Shown piece after piece: positions 28,627 to 37,293 of a stretch of DNA of 64,000 nt. The stretch lies in the IMG/VR virus record IMGVR_UViG_2706795947_000001, positions 12,973-76,972 of that record. The stretch is one strand, 5' to 3'. This stretch comes from a virus (taxonomy: Duplodnaviria > Caudoviricetes). The translations under genes were made by a program, and so were the position numbers. The stretch's first letter is position 1; every line of letters starts with the position of its first letter. The notes under the pieces are model-generated. The model saw only the letters and a list, made by a program, of their open reading frames with translations, did not search any database and was not told the DNA's origin.

Positions 28627-28951
28627 CATCATCACTTTGCTGCTTGGCGGGGGGCTTGCCGCGAGTGTCATCGAAGCAATCAAGTTCGTTACAACACGCA
28701 GACAGGTAAAGCGCAAGGATGAGGCCGCATCCCAGAACGAGGAGGCCTCAGCTCAGGCCACAATCGGTGGGGCGTGGAAAGATCTTTGGCAGACCAATGA
28801 TCAGTGGAACCAGCAGCTGAACGGTTTGCTGCAGAAGGAAAGGGAGAAGGGCGAGCTGTACGTGGACATCATCCAGGCAGCAGCCGACCTTCTCCCTCCC
28901 GATAAAGCTGATCCGATACTCGATCGGATGTACGCGGTGCGTCGGACCTAG
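28619..28951 (+). CDS. Single-TM membrane protein with coiled coil
   Basis: N-terminal LLLGGGLAA helix; GAGGAG SD. Confidence 0.7.
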   Translation: MNDIITLLLGGGLAASVIEAIKFVTTRRQVKRKDEAASQNEEASAQATIGGAWKDLWQTNDQWNQQLNGLLQKEREKGELYVDIIQAAADLLPPDKADPILDRMYAVRRT

Positions 28952-29187
28952 TATTCAGAATCCAGTTGATGGCGAGGCCGGGGGGTATCGTCTCGAACGA
29001 GCGGGCCACGGCGGCTGAAGTCGTGGCCCGCTTCTTCTGTGCACGGCTTCTCGGTACCCTCGATTCGGCCACAGTGGCTGCAATACTTCTTCATAACTGT
29101 CACCCCCAATGCCCGGTTAAGGAACGTGCCAAGGACGAACATGCCTCCAATGATGCAGGCATAGAGTACGACGGTGTACCAGTTCAT
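28948..29187 (-). CDS. Small membrane protein with Cys/His motif
   Basis: N-terminal TM helix, then YCSHCG...C...H. Confidence 0.6.
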   Translation of the reverse strand: MNWYTVVLYACIIGGMFVLGTFLNRALGVTVMKKYCSHCGRIEGTEKPCTEEAGHDFSRRGPLVRDDTPRPRHQLDSEY

Positions 29188-29189
29188 TA

Positions 29190-30395
29190 CTACTCCTTGA
29201 TGAGCCGTTGCACAATTTTTGGCTTGGGCTCGCCGATGCTCTCCTGGACGGACGATCGTAGCCTGGACTTCTGGGCTGCGTTCAGGGCGTTGCCATTCAA
29301 GAGCTTGTCGATTTCACTGTTGTTGATCTTACCGAGTGAAGCGAAGAGGTTATCCCCGATGATCTCTCGCACCGTCGCTGGATCGTAAGACTTCCGGCGA
29401 GACGACTTAAACACGACGTGGTAGTCATCCGTATCGTATTCGATCTCGTCGTTCTCCATTGCATCTTCGAGCAGCTTTTCCATCACTTCTTCGATGGCAT
29501 ACTTGATGGCCTTCTGGGCTCCCTCAAGTTCCATGTACCGCTTCGCCATCTCGTTACGGTCGCCAGCCAGAGCCATGACCCCGCCCGCCTGTACGTTCTT
29601 TGTGAGAACGGGGCACGTAGCTTTCACTACGCAGAACTGGCATTCCGAATTGAGCGTACGCTTGCCGGGGGCCGGCTCGGCAATGATACGCTCGGCCACC
29701 TTGCGAACATACTTCCAAGTGGCGACGTTGTCGTCGCGGGTGAACTTCACCTCGACGGGATCGTATCGGAGCTGATCGAAGCACACCCAGACCTCGTCTG
29801 GGTTGAGCTCGAACCCCAGCTCTTTCGCGATCTCAGCCTTGGCCAGCATGATGGCCAGCCCGTACAGTCGACCCTGCGCCTTCTGTCGCAGACCCTGTGG
29901 CGTGAGATGCTGACGCCAAGTCTTGTAGTCCACCACGCGGACGATGGTCTTACCGTTCTCTTCGAACATATCGAGGCGGTCGAAGATGAAGGTGTACGGT
30001 ACCTCTCCGATGGAGGTCTTGATTGTGACCCGAATCTTGCGCTCGACCATGAGCACCTGAACCTTGTCGAGGTCGGTGCGCCCGAACCAGCGTTCAAGCA
30101 TCTCAATTCCGTCGTTGTACAGGTCATCCTTGGAATCCGGAATGCGCATGAACTGCTTCATGAACTCTTGCTTGAAGTAAGCAACGAGTACATTCCAGTC
30201 TAGTTCTTCGCGGGTCTTGCTGATGAACACCTCATCGACAATCCGCTCGAGTGAATCGTGCACGGCGGTGCCCAGCTTAGCTGGGTCCGAGCTACCCCCT
30301 GGGCTCGGCGTACGTTCAACCATCTCGGCGTGGTACCTGAAGGTGCAACCCTCGAACACCTGGATGGAGGATGCCGAGATAGTTCTGAGTTCCAC
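29190..30395 (-). CDS. Cas4/RecB-like PD-(D/E)xK exonuclease
   Basis: ISASSI...C, GTAVH, E, DR.D, VDYKT, Q..LY, C..C.....C; GTG start coupled (TAGTG) to the WhiB stop. Confidence 0.88.
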   Translation of the reverse strand: MELRTISASSIQVFEGCTFRYHAEMVERTPSPGGSSDPAKLGTAVHDSLERIVDEVFISKTREELDWNVLVAYFKQEFMKQFMRIPDSKDDLYNDGIEMLERWFGRTDLDKVQVLMVERKIRVTIKTSIGEVPYTFIFDRLDMFEENGKTIVRVVDYKTWRQHLTPQGLRQKAQGRLYGLAIMLAKAEIAKELGFELNPDEVWVCFDQLRYDPVEVKFTRDDNVATWKYVRKVAERIIAEPAPGKRTLNSECQFCVVKATCPVLTKNVQAGGVMALAGDRNEMAKRYMELEGAQKAIKYAIEEVMEKLLEDAMENDEIEYDTDDYHVVFKSSRRKSYDPATVREIIGDNLFASLGKINNSEIDKLLNGNALNAAQKSRLRSSVQESIGEPKPKIVQRLIKE

Positions 30396-30595
30396 TACTT
30401 GCTTCCCCTCTTCGTGGTAATGCCGCCCCATATGCCATCGGTCGAACCAGTGCGCTCGCGATAGTCGAGGCACTCGAGCTTAACGGGGCAGCTCATGCAA
30501 ATCTTCTTCGCGCGATTAGCGCGGGCCGCTTGTCCCCGGCCAGGGAAGAACGCGTCTGGGTCGTGATACCCTACACAGAGGGCGCGTCGGGTCCA
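30395..30595 (-). CDS. whiB: WhiB-family Fe-S transcription factor domain (start unresolved; absent from ORF track)
   Basis: Manual translation: WTRRALCVGYHDPDAFFPGRGQAARANRAKKICMSCPVKLECLDYRERTGSTDGIWGGITTKRGSK*; four Cys plus GIWGG. Confidence 0.88.
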   Translation of the reverse strand, partial: WTRRALCVGYHDPDAFFPGRGQAARANRAKKICMSCPVKLECLDYRERTGSTDGIWGGITTKRGSK

Positions 30596-30993
30596 CTCTT
30601 CGGGGACGAGACTGAAGGAGGCTTCGGGGGCGTCGGCTGTTCCGGCGTCGAACTCTTCTCCTTCTCCACAGTCGCAGAGCTCTCCGGTTCTGTCGGGTCG
30701 AAGAGCGAGGGCTGCGCAGATGCCGTTGCACCTAAAGGGCGGCGCCCCCCGGACATCTCCAGCTCGAATGCGGTCTTGGGTTCCTCGCCGTTGAGCAAGT
30801 CATCGGCGTCAGCTTGCGCATCGGCCTTCGCCTTCTGCTCCGACTGGAATGCCGTCTGCTGGAGGTGCTGCTCGAAGGCGGTCTGTGTCGGGGCCTTGGC
30901 TCGGAAGTCCTGGAATCCTTCCTGATCCATGCCACCTCGTACCGGGTGCAACTCGTTGGGACCAGCGGGCATTTTGAACTGCGGTTCAGTCAC
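30571..30993 (-). CDS. Hypothetical protein overlapping WhiB frame; QPSLF motif
   Basis: AAGGAG SD before GTG 30993. Confidence 0.7.
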   Translation of the reverse strand: MTEPQFKMPAGPNELHPVRGGMDQEGFQDFRAKAPTQTAFEQHLQQTAFQSEQKAKADAQADADDLLNGEEPKTAFELEMSGGRRPLGATASAQPSLFDPTEPESSATVEKEKSSTPEQPTPPKPPSVSSPKSGPDAPSV

Positions 30994-31053
30994 TGCGTTC
31001 TCCTTGTAGGTGGTGCTAGGCGTGTGCCGATACGTTAGCATACCGGCGCGGGA

Positions 31054-31185
31054 TCAACCCACGAATGCGGCGCGGCGCTCCACGATGTCCCAGAAATACT
31101 CTTGCATGAGGGCGCCGAGCATTACTTGGGCTCGCTTCTCCGGTGAGGTCCACCAGTGCTTACGATGCTTGCTTCGCTTGAACAT
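31054..31185 (-). CDS. Small hypothetical protein (43 aa)
   Basis: Manual translation MFKRSKHRKHWW...; AAGGTG SD. Confidence 0.5.
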   Translation of the reverse strand: MFKRSKHRKHWWTSPEKRAQVMLGALMQEYFWDIVERRAAFVG

Positions 31186-31195
31186 TACTTCACCT

Positions 31196-31291
31196 TTACT
31201 TCCAGGCGCTGACTGCTAGGCCGACACAGATCGCAGCGACCAGCATCAGCACACTCAGCTTGAGAACCACGCCCCACGTCAACCAGTCCAT
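31196..31291 (-). CDS. Small single-TM protein
   Basis: GGGGAGG SD; MDWLTWGVVLKLSVLMLV... Confidence 0.55.
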   Translation of the reverse strand: MDWLTWGVVLKLSVLMLVAAICVGLAVSAWK

Positions 31292-31425
31292 TACAGCCTC
31301 CCCATCTTTCTTAGTCGTTCGATCTCGAACACGCCGAGCTGTTTCCAGCCCGACATGCGCTTCCAGTGCGAGCCGCAGACGGGGCACTGAACTACAGTAC
31401 CCTCATTCTCGGTCTCGCGTGCCAT
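31291..31425 (-). CDS. Small CxxC protein (44 aa)
   Basis: Manual translation MARETENEGTVVQCPVCGSHW...; TAATG coupling. Confidence 0.5.
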   Translation of the reverse strand: MARETENEGTVVQCPVCGSHWKRMSGWKQLGVFEIERLRKMGRL

Positions 31426-31444
31426 GACTACCTTGTCACAGCAC

Positions 31445-32167
31445 TCACGCAAAGTCGGCGAACATGTCATCGCCTTCTTCCTCCAGCTTCTTAGCGGACT
31501 CGAGGAAGTTGCGCTCGTCTAGCTCAATCGCAACGGCATTGCGACCACAGTTGCGAGCGGCTCGCACGAGGCTTCCTGACCCACCGAAGGGGTCCACGAG
31601 GAACGCACCCTCCCGGGTGGAATGCTTGATAAGAGTCTCCAGCAAAGCCGGTGGCTTCTCGTGCGGATGAATGAGCTCATTCGGCCGGAGCTGCGAGAAA
31701 TGCAGTACACCGTTGCGCCGCTTGGCGTAGCGAGGCGCACGACCCTTCTTGAAGAAGATGATGAACTCATGACCCTGTCCCCATGATTCAAGATCGCCCA
31801 TTCCAGGGCCATCCTTCTCCCATACCAGGACAGCCTTGCGAACAAAGCCGAACTGCGCACAGAACTCGTCGAGCATGACCAGCCAGTCCGAGAGGACCTG
31901 GTACGCAGTGAAGACGTAGAGGTCGCAGTCGGGCTTGGTCTTGGTGAGCAGGACCGACATGACCTCCTTGAACACCTTGATTGCGATCTCGGGGGACTCG
32001 TCATTGGCGATCTTGCGTGCATACTTCTTGCCGCCCTCCGTGACGGCCATGTTGGAGAGGTTGTCTACCCCAAAGGGTGGGTCAGTGATGATGCAATCCA
32101 CCGACTCTTCCTTGAAGCGCTGGCACATCTCGACGGAATCGCCGTGCCAGATCTGATGAATCTTCAT
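31445..32167 (-). CDS. DNA methyltransferase (N6A/N4C, beta class)
   Basis: ITDPPF, HPHEKP, DPFGGSGS motifs. Confidence 0.92.
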   Translation of the reverse strand: MKIHQIWHGDSVEMCQRFKEESVDCIITDPPFGVDNLSNMAVTEGGKKYARKIANDESPEIAIKVFKEVMSVLLTKTKPDCDLYVFTAYQVLSDWLVMLDEFCAQFGFVRKAVLVWEKDGPGMGDLESWGQGHEFIIFFKKGRAPRYAKRRNGVLHFSQLRPNELIHPHEKPPALLETLIKHSTREGAFLVDPFGGSGSLVRAARNCGRNAVAIELDERNFLESAKKLEEEGDDMFADFA

Positions 32168-32259
32168 ATCACCTTCTCGTTATAAGTGGTATGTGCCGGC
32201 CTTGCCCCTACCGGATCGTGTGTACCCTCAACTTCCACTTTACACACCGCCCAGCGCGA

Positions 32260-32538
32260 TTAGTCGTCGATCTCGATCTCTTCGTCTTCTTCGATCTCGA
32301 GCTCGACGAGCTTGAACTCGGCGACCTGTCCACCGAGGTAGTCGGTGAGCGACTCGGTGATCTCCGGACCTTCGCTGTCGAGGAAGTCCTCGAGCGTAGC
32401 GGTCGCGACCTCCACCTTCTGGTCGGTGGTCAGCTCGTCGGTGTCCTCGATGTCGTTCTCGGCCATGAGGTCCTCGAGCAGGTCGTCATCGAGGGTGATG
32501 GCGCCTTCTTCGACCTTGATCTTCAGGGTGACAATCAT
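32260..32538 (-). CDS. Extremely acidic protein (DNA-mimic candidate)
   Basis: AGGAGG SD; 33 D/E vs 4 K in 92 aa. Confidence 0.75.
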   Translation of the reverse strand: MIVTLKIKVEEGAITLDDDLLEDLMAENDIEDTDELTTDQKVEVATATLEDFLDSEGPEITESLTDYLGGQVAEFKLVELEIEEDEEIEIDD

Positions 32539-32539
32539 T

Positions 32540-32767
32540 TCAGTTACCTCCTGTGTTGGTTGCGATCTCGTCAACAGACAAGACCTTTACGGTGACATCG
32601 CCACCGAAGTTGTAGATGACATCTTCGAGCGCCACTTCGCCAGCCTCGAACATGTCGAGGTCGTACTTGACGGCCTCTTCCGGGGTTGTGATCGGAGTCT
32701 CCGAGCACTTGTAATGGTCGAGGTCGATCTTCGGCTCGTCGATCTCGACAATCAGGTTGATCTTCAC
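32540..32767 (-). CDS. Acidic hypothetical protein
   Basis: AAGGAG SD, GTG start in TAGTG overlap. Confidence 0.7.
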   Translation of the reverse strand: MKINLIVEIDEPKIDLDHYKCSETPITTPEEAVKYDLDMFEAGEVALEDVIYNFGGDVTVKVLSVDEIATNTGGN

Positions 32768-33624
32768 TAGAGCTCCTTGGGTTCCATGTCTGCGAGCTTG
32801 CGTGCGATGTCGTTGGCGATCCACTCGGGGACCGTTACGCCGTCCACCTTGTACTTGCCGTACGAAGTGTGCACGTTGCTCGTTATGTACTTGATCCCCC
32901 GGTCAATAGTGCGCTTGAGCTTGGACCTGAATCGCAGGTAGCCGCCCAAGCCTTTGTATCCGTACTCGTCGCGAATCTTCTTCTGGAAGCTCGCACTGTT
33001 GAGAACGGACAGCGAGTACCCAACCCAGCCGAGCACGTCACCAACCCAGAACTTGTTGGTGAACACGCTGATCTCCTGGAACAGGTCCAGGCCTGGGTCC
33101 GAGCTGGCGATGATGTCGCCCGGTGCGCAGAACTGGAACACCCGCCCGCGTGCCCAGCGCCAGTCTCCGCGCTCCCCGGTGATACCCTGCCCGCCAGGGT
33201 CCGGGCCGACGACCTTGTCGTTGTGGTTGCGGCGCGGGTCCGAGATGCCGTAGTAGGCGACGAGGTTGTTGTCGAGCTCGGGGTCCGGGTGACTGTCCAG
33301 AACCCACTCCATGAACACGTCTCCGCCGATTGTGGCACCTTGCGAGTATCCCACGATGAAGACTGGGACATTCGGCGGGATGGCCCTGAGCATCTTGCGC
33401 AGGTTTGTCACGCCCTTGTGAACCGAGCTCTCGTAGCTCGCCTTGTCGCCGTATCCCGAGGTGTACGGCACAGACCAGTGCGTGATTGCCCACTTGTGGT
33501 CCGTCTCCATGAGGCGACCGAGCGCGGAGCTGATCAGCTTGGTCATCCCGGTAGGCGGCAATGGGCTCGGAGCGTCATGCGTCTCTGAAGTGCCGGGCAC
33601 CAGGATCAGATACGCCTCTCTCAT
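32767..33624 (-). CDS. lysB: Lysin B / cutinase-like serine esterase
   Basis: VPGT, GYSQG nucleophile, DPRR, CAPGD, terminal H..Y. Confidence 0.85.
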   Translation of the reverse strand: MREAYLILVPGTSETHDAPSPLPPTGMTKLISSALGRLMETDHKWAITHWSVPYTSGYGDKASYESSVHKGVTNLRKMLRAIPPNVPVFIVGYSQGATIGGDVFMEWVLDSHPDPELDNNLVAYYGISDPRRNHNDKVVGPDPGGQGITGERGDWRWARGRVFQFCAPGDIIASSDPGLDLFQEISVFTNKFWVGDVLGWVGYSLSVLNSASFQKKIRDEYGYKGLGGYLRFRSKLKRTIDRGIKYITSNVHTSYGKYKVDGVTVPEWIANDIARKLADMEPKEL

Positions 33625-34142
33625 GCGATCTTGCCGTGCTTGAAGGGGCGCGACTGGTTATAGCGGAGCTTGTAGATCACCGCTTCCGCCAGTGAGGCGT
33701 TGGCACCGGAGCGCTGGAGCTCCTCGGCCGAGTCTCCGAGGCGGATGATGATGTCTGCGAACTCGGAGAAGATGCCTTCGGCCTTGCGGATGGTGCCATC
33801 GGAGTTGTACGGGTCGGGATGACGAGCCTCATCCTTCTTGACGCCGACCTTCTTGTCATTGAACCAAAGCGGCGGCTCGTTCTCGCGCCATGATTCGAGG
33901 CCTTCGCTGACCTCGGAGTGGAGTAGTGCGGTGACCAGGCCGAAGTTGCGGGGCTCGCCGTTTTCCTCGTGGAAGCCGTGGGCATCGGTCGCTGTCCAGC
34001 AGCAGGCCTGAATCAGGTCCAGCGCTGTGGCGATCAGCGACTCGCCCTCGGTGGTCAGCTGCCCCGTCTGGTGGTTGTACAGATGGTCGACGGGCTGACC
34101 TGCCAAGAACGCCTCGGCCTGATCATGGGTGGGGTATGTCAT
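33621..34142 (-). CDS. MazG-like nucleotide pyrophosphohydrolase
   Basis: LHSEVSEGLE...EFADIIIR...KLRYNQSRPFKHGK. Confidence 0.85.
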   Translation of the reverse strand: MTYPTHDQAEAFLAGQPVDHLYNHQTGQLTTEGESLIATALDLIQACCWTATDAHGFHEENGEPRNFGLVTALLHSEVSEGLESWRENEPPLWFNDKKVGVKKDEARHPDPYNSDGTIRKAEGIFSEFADIIIRLGDSAEELQRSGANASLAEAVIYKLRYNQSRPFKHGKIA

Positions 34143-34144
34143 TC

Positions 34145-34309
34145 TTACTTCTCCTTAATCACAACGTGTCCGTTGATCCTGTTGAGGTATCTCTTCTGCC
34201 CCTTGTAGATGCCGTGCATTACGTCACCCTCGGGAGCCAGTAGCCACCGATGCAGAAACTCGAAGCGTTGCAAGAACATTCCAAGTCGATCGCGCTTCGA
34301 GTACGGCAT
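34145..34309 (-). CDS. Small basic hypothetical protein (54 aa)
   Basis: Manual translation MPYSKRDRLG...; TGATG coupling. Confidence 0.55.
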   Translation of the reverse strand: MPYSKRDRLGMFLQRFEFLHRWLLAPEGDVMHGIYKGQKRYLNRINGHVVIKEK

Positions 34310-34872
34310 CAGGGCTCCCACTCGTTGTTGGCGATTTCTCCACCGCCGAGCTCATTCTTCAGCATGGCTTCCCATGCCTCCTGTCCCTCCGGGGAGAACA
34401 GTTCTTCGATCGGACAGATCGCTGTTTCCTTCGGACGGAAGCCTTCGATGCTGTGGCGTATCTCAATCACCACATAGGGCCAAGTCGTAATCTCTTGCGA
34501 CGACACCAGGCGCGACATGTTTTGGATGACCGCGCGGTCGTTGGGCAGGAACACCCCCTGCAGGGCGTCCTCCGTTCCCTTTTGCATGTTGGTCACATCG
34601 GCCCAATTGCGGGTTACAGTTTTCGAGCGCGTCTCGTATTGAGTACGCTGTCGGCTAAACGAGTACCGAATTGAGTAGTACGGACCCGGCAGACTTTCCG
34701 CACCGCCCTCGAGTAGCTCCGCAACCAGCGCGTCCTGGTAGGACTTGAGGGTTTTGTTCGGTGTCACCTTAGGCCAGGGCTTGCGACCCTTGGTGATGAC
34801 CTGAACATCTCCCATTGCCCACGGCTCAGGGTTGAGATTCAGTGCCGCTGCCACGATGTTCGGGTATCCCAC
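34309..34872 (-). CDS. rusA: RusA-like Holliday junction resolvase
   Basis: DVTNMQKGTEDALQG...ND..V motif. Confidence 0.82.
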   Translation of the reverse strand: MGYPNIVAAALNLNPEPWAMGDVQVITKGRKPWPKVTPNKTLKSYQDALVAELLEGGAESLPGPYYSIRYSFSRQRTQYETRSKTVTRNWADVTNMQKGTEDALQGVFLPNDRAVIQNMSRLVSSQEITTWPYVVIEIRHSIEGFRPKETAICPIEELFSPEGQEAWEAMLKNELGGGEIANNEWEP

Positions 34873-34973
34873 TGTTCACCTCCTTCTCCGCAAGGAATCT
34901 TGCATATCCCTGCGGGTACTCGTCGGGCATATTCAGGGCGATCTCTCGAACGCGTTGCTCAAACTCATCTTCA

Positions 34974-35336
34974 TTAGACACGAGTGTCTCCGTACTGTGT
35001 GCGCACGAGCTTAAAGGTCTCGTTGATCTTCCATACACGCATGTGCAGAAAGACTGCGATGTCGAGTTCCATCTTCGCCCCCCGCGAAGCACCCCAGCCA
35101 GGCATGAGGACGAGGTCGGTGCACTCCAGCATGGCCTTGAGATCGGCGCGAACGTAGTCCTGGTAGGGCAGATCGCCGGGTTCGCCGGGAAGTGTGCGCG
35201 CAACCTCTGCTGGGCTGACCACATCGTAGCCCTGATTGCGCAGTTCCTTGGCGAACAGGTCAAACTTGGCGAAGTTGTGCCCTTCAATGCCGGTCATCGG
35301 ACCTGCGATGTAGAACTTCCGCAGCAATTCAACCAT
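34974..35336 (-). CDS. Nucleoside 2-deoxyribosyltransferase-like (DUF4406)
   Basis: YIAGPMTG...SPA...PGW..SRGA..E. Confidence 0.82.
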   Translation of the reverse strand: MVELLRKFYIAGPMTGIEGHNFAKFDLFAKELRNQGYDVVSPAEVARTLPGEPGDLPYQDYVRADLKAMLECTDLVLMPGWGASRGAKMELDIAVFLHMRVWKINETFKLVRTQYGDTRV

Positions 35337-36469
35337 TACTTGTCGCCCCTGTCTTTCGGAATGTCAACGCGAGGCATAACGCACGCCTCGAACCCCTCTT
35401 CTGCCGTGAACTTGACCATCGACGTGGTCTTAGAGGGGTTGTAATGCAGTGTGATTGTCTTGCCTGGCGCCTTGGAGACGACATCGGTGAAGGTCTCGAG
35501 TGAGAACAGATACTTCACCGGATCATGAGTCGATTCAACCTCAAGCATCAGGGACTCTTCGATCTCCTCGGCAGAGTCGCGGTCCTTGATTGCGAGTGTC
35601 AGCATGTCTCCGGCGATCCACACGTCTAGTGCGATCTGCCGATCAGACGAGCCGATCTTCGACACCCTAGATAGTACACCGACGATAGTTTCTTTGTCAA
35701 ACGAACACGAGTCCTCGTGCGGTTTGTCCATCATTCGACTGACCGGGTCGAACTTCTCCTCGAACAACGAGCACTTGATGTAGATGTCCTCAGTCGGAGC
35801 GATGACGAGGTTCGGACCGAGCACTCCGACCTCGCACTCCTCGATAGAGCGCAGGATCGGGCCTATGAGGTGATAAGGAATCACTACATTGTTGCGTCCG
35901 TCTGCAAACTTGTAGTCGTTCGGCACCCGCATGGCGACCTTGCCGTTCGAGGAGCACAGGTACTCCTCGGCCATGTAGAGGCCGGCCCTGGGCGGAAGGC
36001 CGTCATTGTTCACTCCCCACCCGATCAGTTCCATTCGAGCCCCGAGACCCTTTGTTGGGTACATTCCGTCAGGATCGAACATGAACTCCTCGCGACTCGG
36101 GTAGTCGCCACCCCTGAGGAAGGGTGTGCTAGCCCTCATGCGTCCGCTTGTGATGCGGAGCTTGCCGCCCTCGTCAATGAACTTGGACTTGCCCGACAGC
36201 GGAAGTGCAGTCACGATGCCATGAGTCGAGATCGAGGACACCCGCCAGGTGACCGGGGCTTCGCACTCGATGGAGAGGGGGTAGAGGAACTCGGTGTAGT
36301 ACAGCGAGCCGTTGGTTGTCCTCAGGGTTACGTACTCATCGACCGGATTGGCGTCGATAACGAACCCCTTGAACAGATCGAAGTCACGACCACGAGTCGG
36401 GGCCACGATATTCGCACGCTTGAAGGCATCCGCAAGCGTTGCGTTGTTGAACTCGATTGTGGTTCCCAC
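35336..36469 (-). CDS. dnaN: DNA polymerase III beta sliding clamp-like
   Basis: 377 aa three-domain layout, DYP, SSNG, terminal CVMPR. Confidence 0.8.
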   Translation of the reverse strand: MGTTIEFNNATLADAFKRANIVAPTRGRDFDLFKGFVIDANPVDEYVTLRTTNGSLYYTEFLYPLSIECEAPVTWRVSSISTHGIVTALPLSGKSKFIDEGGKLRITSGRMRASTPFLRGGDYPSREEFMFDPDGMYPTKGLGARMELIGWGVNNDGLPPRAGLYMAEEYLCSSNGKVAMRVPNDYKFADGRNNVVIPYHLIGPILRSIEECEVGVLGPNLVIAPTEDIYIKCSLFEEKFDPVSRMMDKPHEDSCSFDKETIVGVLSRVSKIGSSDRQIALDVWIAGDMLTLAIKDRDSAEEIEESLMLEVESTHDPVKYLFSLETFTDVVSKAPGKTITLHYNPSKTTSMVKFTAEEGFEACVMPRVDIPKDRGDK

Positions 36470-37096
36470 TCAGGCTCCCGTCAGGTCAGCGCACGCAGCC
36501 GCTGGGCCGGTGATCCACTTCTCTATGCGGCGCTCCATGTCGATGGAGTGCATGAGATCCTCGAGCGCGCGGTGTGTTGCCTTGTCGGGCGGGCTGACGT
36601 ACTTCGTAGGATCGGTGTCGATCTTCTTCCACAGCTCAGGACGCGTTGCCTTGAGTCGCTCCATGTCCGAGCTCGAGTCGACCACCCGGTAGTGGAAATA
36701 CTCGTTGAGCTTGGGCATCTTCTGCTCGAGGAACTTGCGATCGAAGTGCACCGAGCTACCCCACACCGGCAGGCCCTTGATCTGGAACCCGCTGATAGCA
36801 TCGAGGATGCGTGTCTCGATCTCCTCGTACTCGCGGGTCGGGAGTTTGCGCTCCATGAACCCGCGCAGCTTGGGGAACAGTCCATTCTTGTTGTGCATCT
36901 CACGCACAGGCTTGACGAAGCTGTTGTCGGCTAGGCGCTGGACGACCTGCGGGGTATAGAGAATGCCCGACAGAGTCTTGCCTTCGACCGGCGTCCAGGT
37001 CGTTGTGTCCACCACCACGATGGCGAACTCGATGATCTCCTCTGTGACCGGGTTCAGGCCGGTGGTCTCGAGGTCGATGAATACTGCATTACTCAT
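36470..37096 (-). CDS. orn: Oligoribonuclease (DEDDh exonuclease)
   Basis: FIDLETTGL, MH.KNGL, GSSVHFDR.FL, FHYR.VD.SS, HRALED. Confidence 0.9.
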   Translation of the reverse strand: MSNAVFIDLETTGLNPVTEEIIEFAIVVVDTTTWTPVEGKTLSGILYTPQVVQRLADNSFVKPVREMHNKNGLFPKLRGFMERKLPTREYEEIETRILDAISGFQIKGLPVWGSSVHFDRKFLEQKMPKLNEYFHYRVVDSSSDMERLKATRPELWKKIDTDPTKYVSPPDKATHRALEDLMHSIDMERRIEKWITGPAAACADLTGA

Positions 37097-37293
37097 TGGG
37101 TCTCCTTCTCTCGGCTGACGATGTAGTTGTGCACGTCCTGGCGTGGGATCAGGTACCCCTTGCCCGGACGGTGGGCGTTCGGGAACTTCCCCGCCTTCAC
37201 CAACTCCCGAACGTGGTTGACTGTCACCAGCAGGATCGCCGCCACCTGGTCGGTCGTCAGGTTGTCGTTCTCTGGCGCGATGTTCACGGTCAC
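37093..37293 (-). CDS. Excisionase/MerR-like HTH protein
   Basis: LTTDQVAAILLV...V.ELVKAGKFP...YLIP. Confidence 0.85.
   Translation of the reverse strand: MTVNIAPENDNLTTDQVAAILLVTVNHVRELVKAGKFPNAHRPGKGYLIPRQDVHNYIVSREKETQ

Noticed and set aside
29190-30395. CRISPR-Cas system
   Set aside because: Solo Cas4/RecB-like nucleases are common in phages; no cas1, cas2 or effector genes
30396-30473. ORF-track start of the Cas4-like gene
   Set aside because: Lies inside the WhiB coding region; the coupled GTG at 30395 fits better
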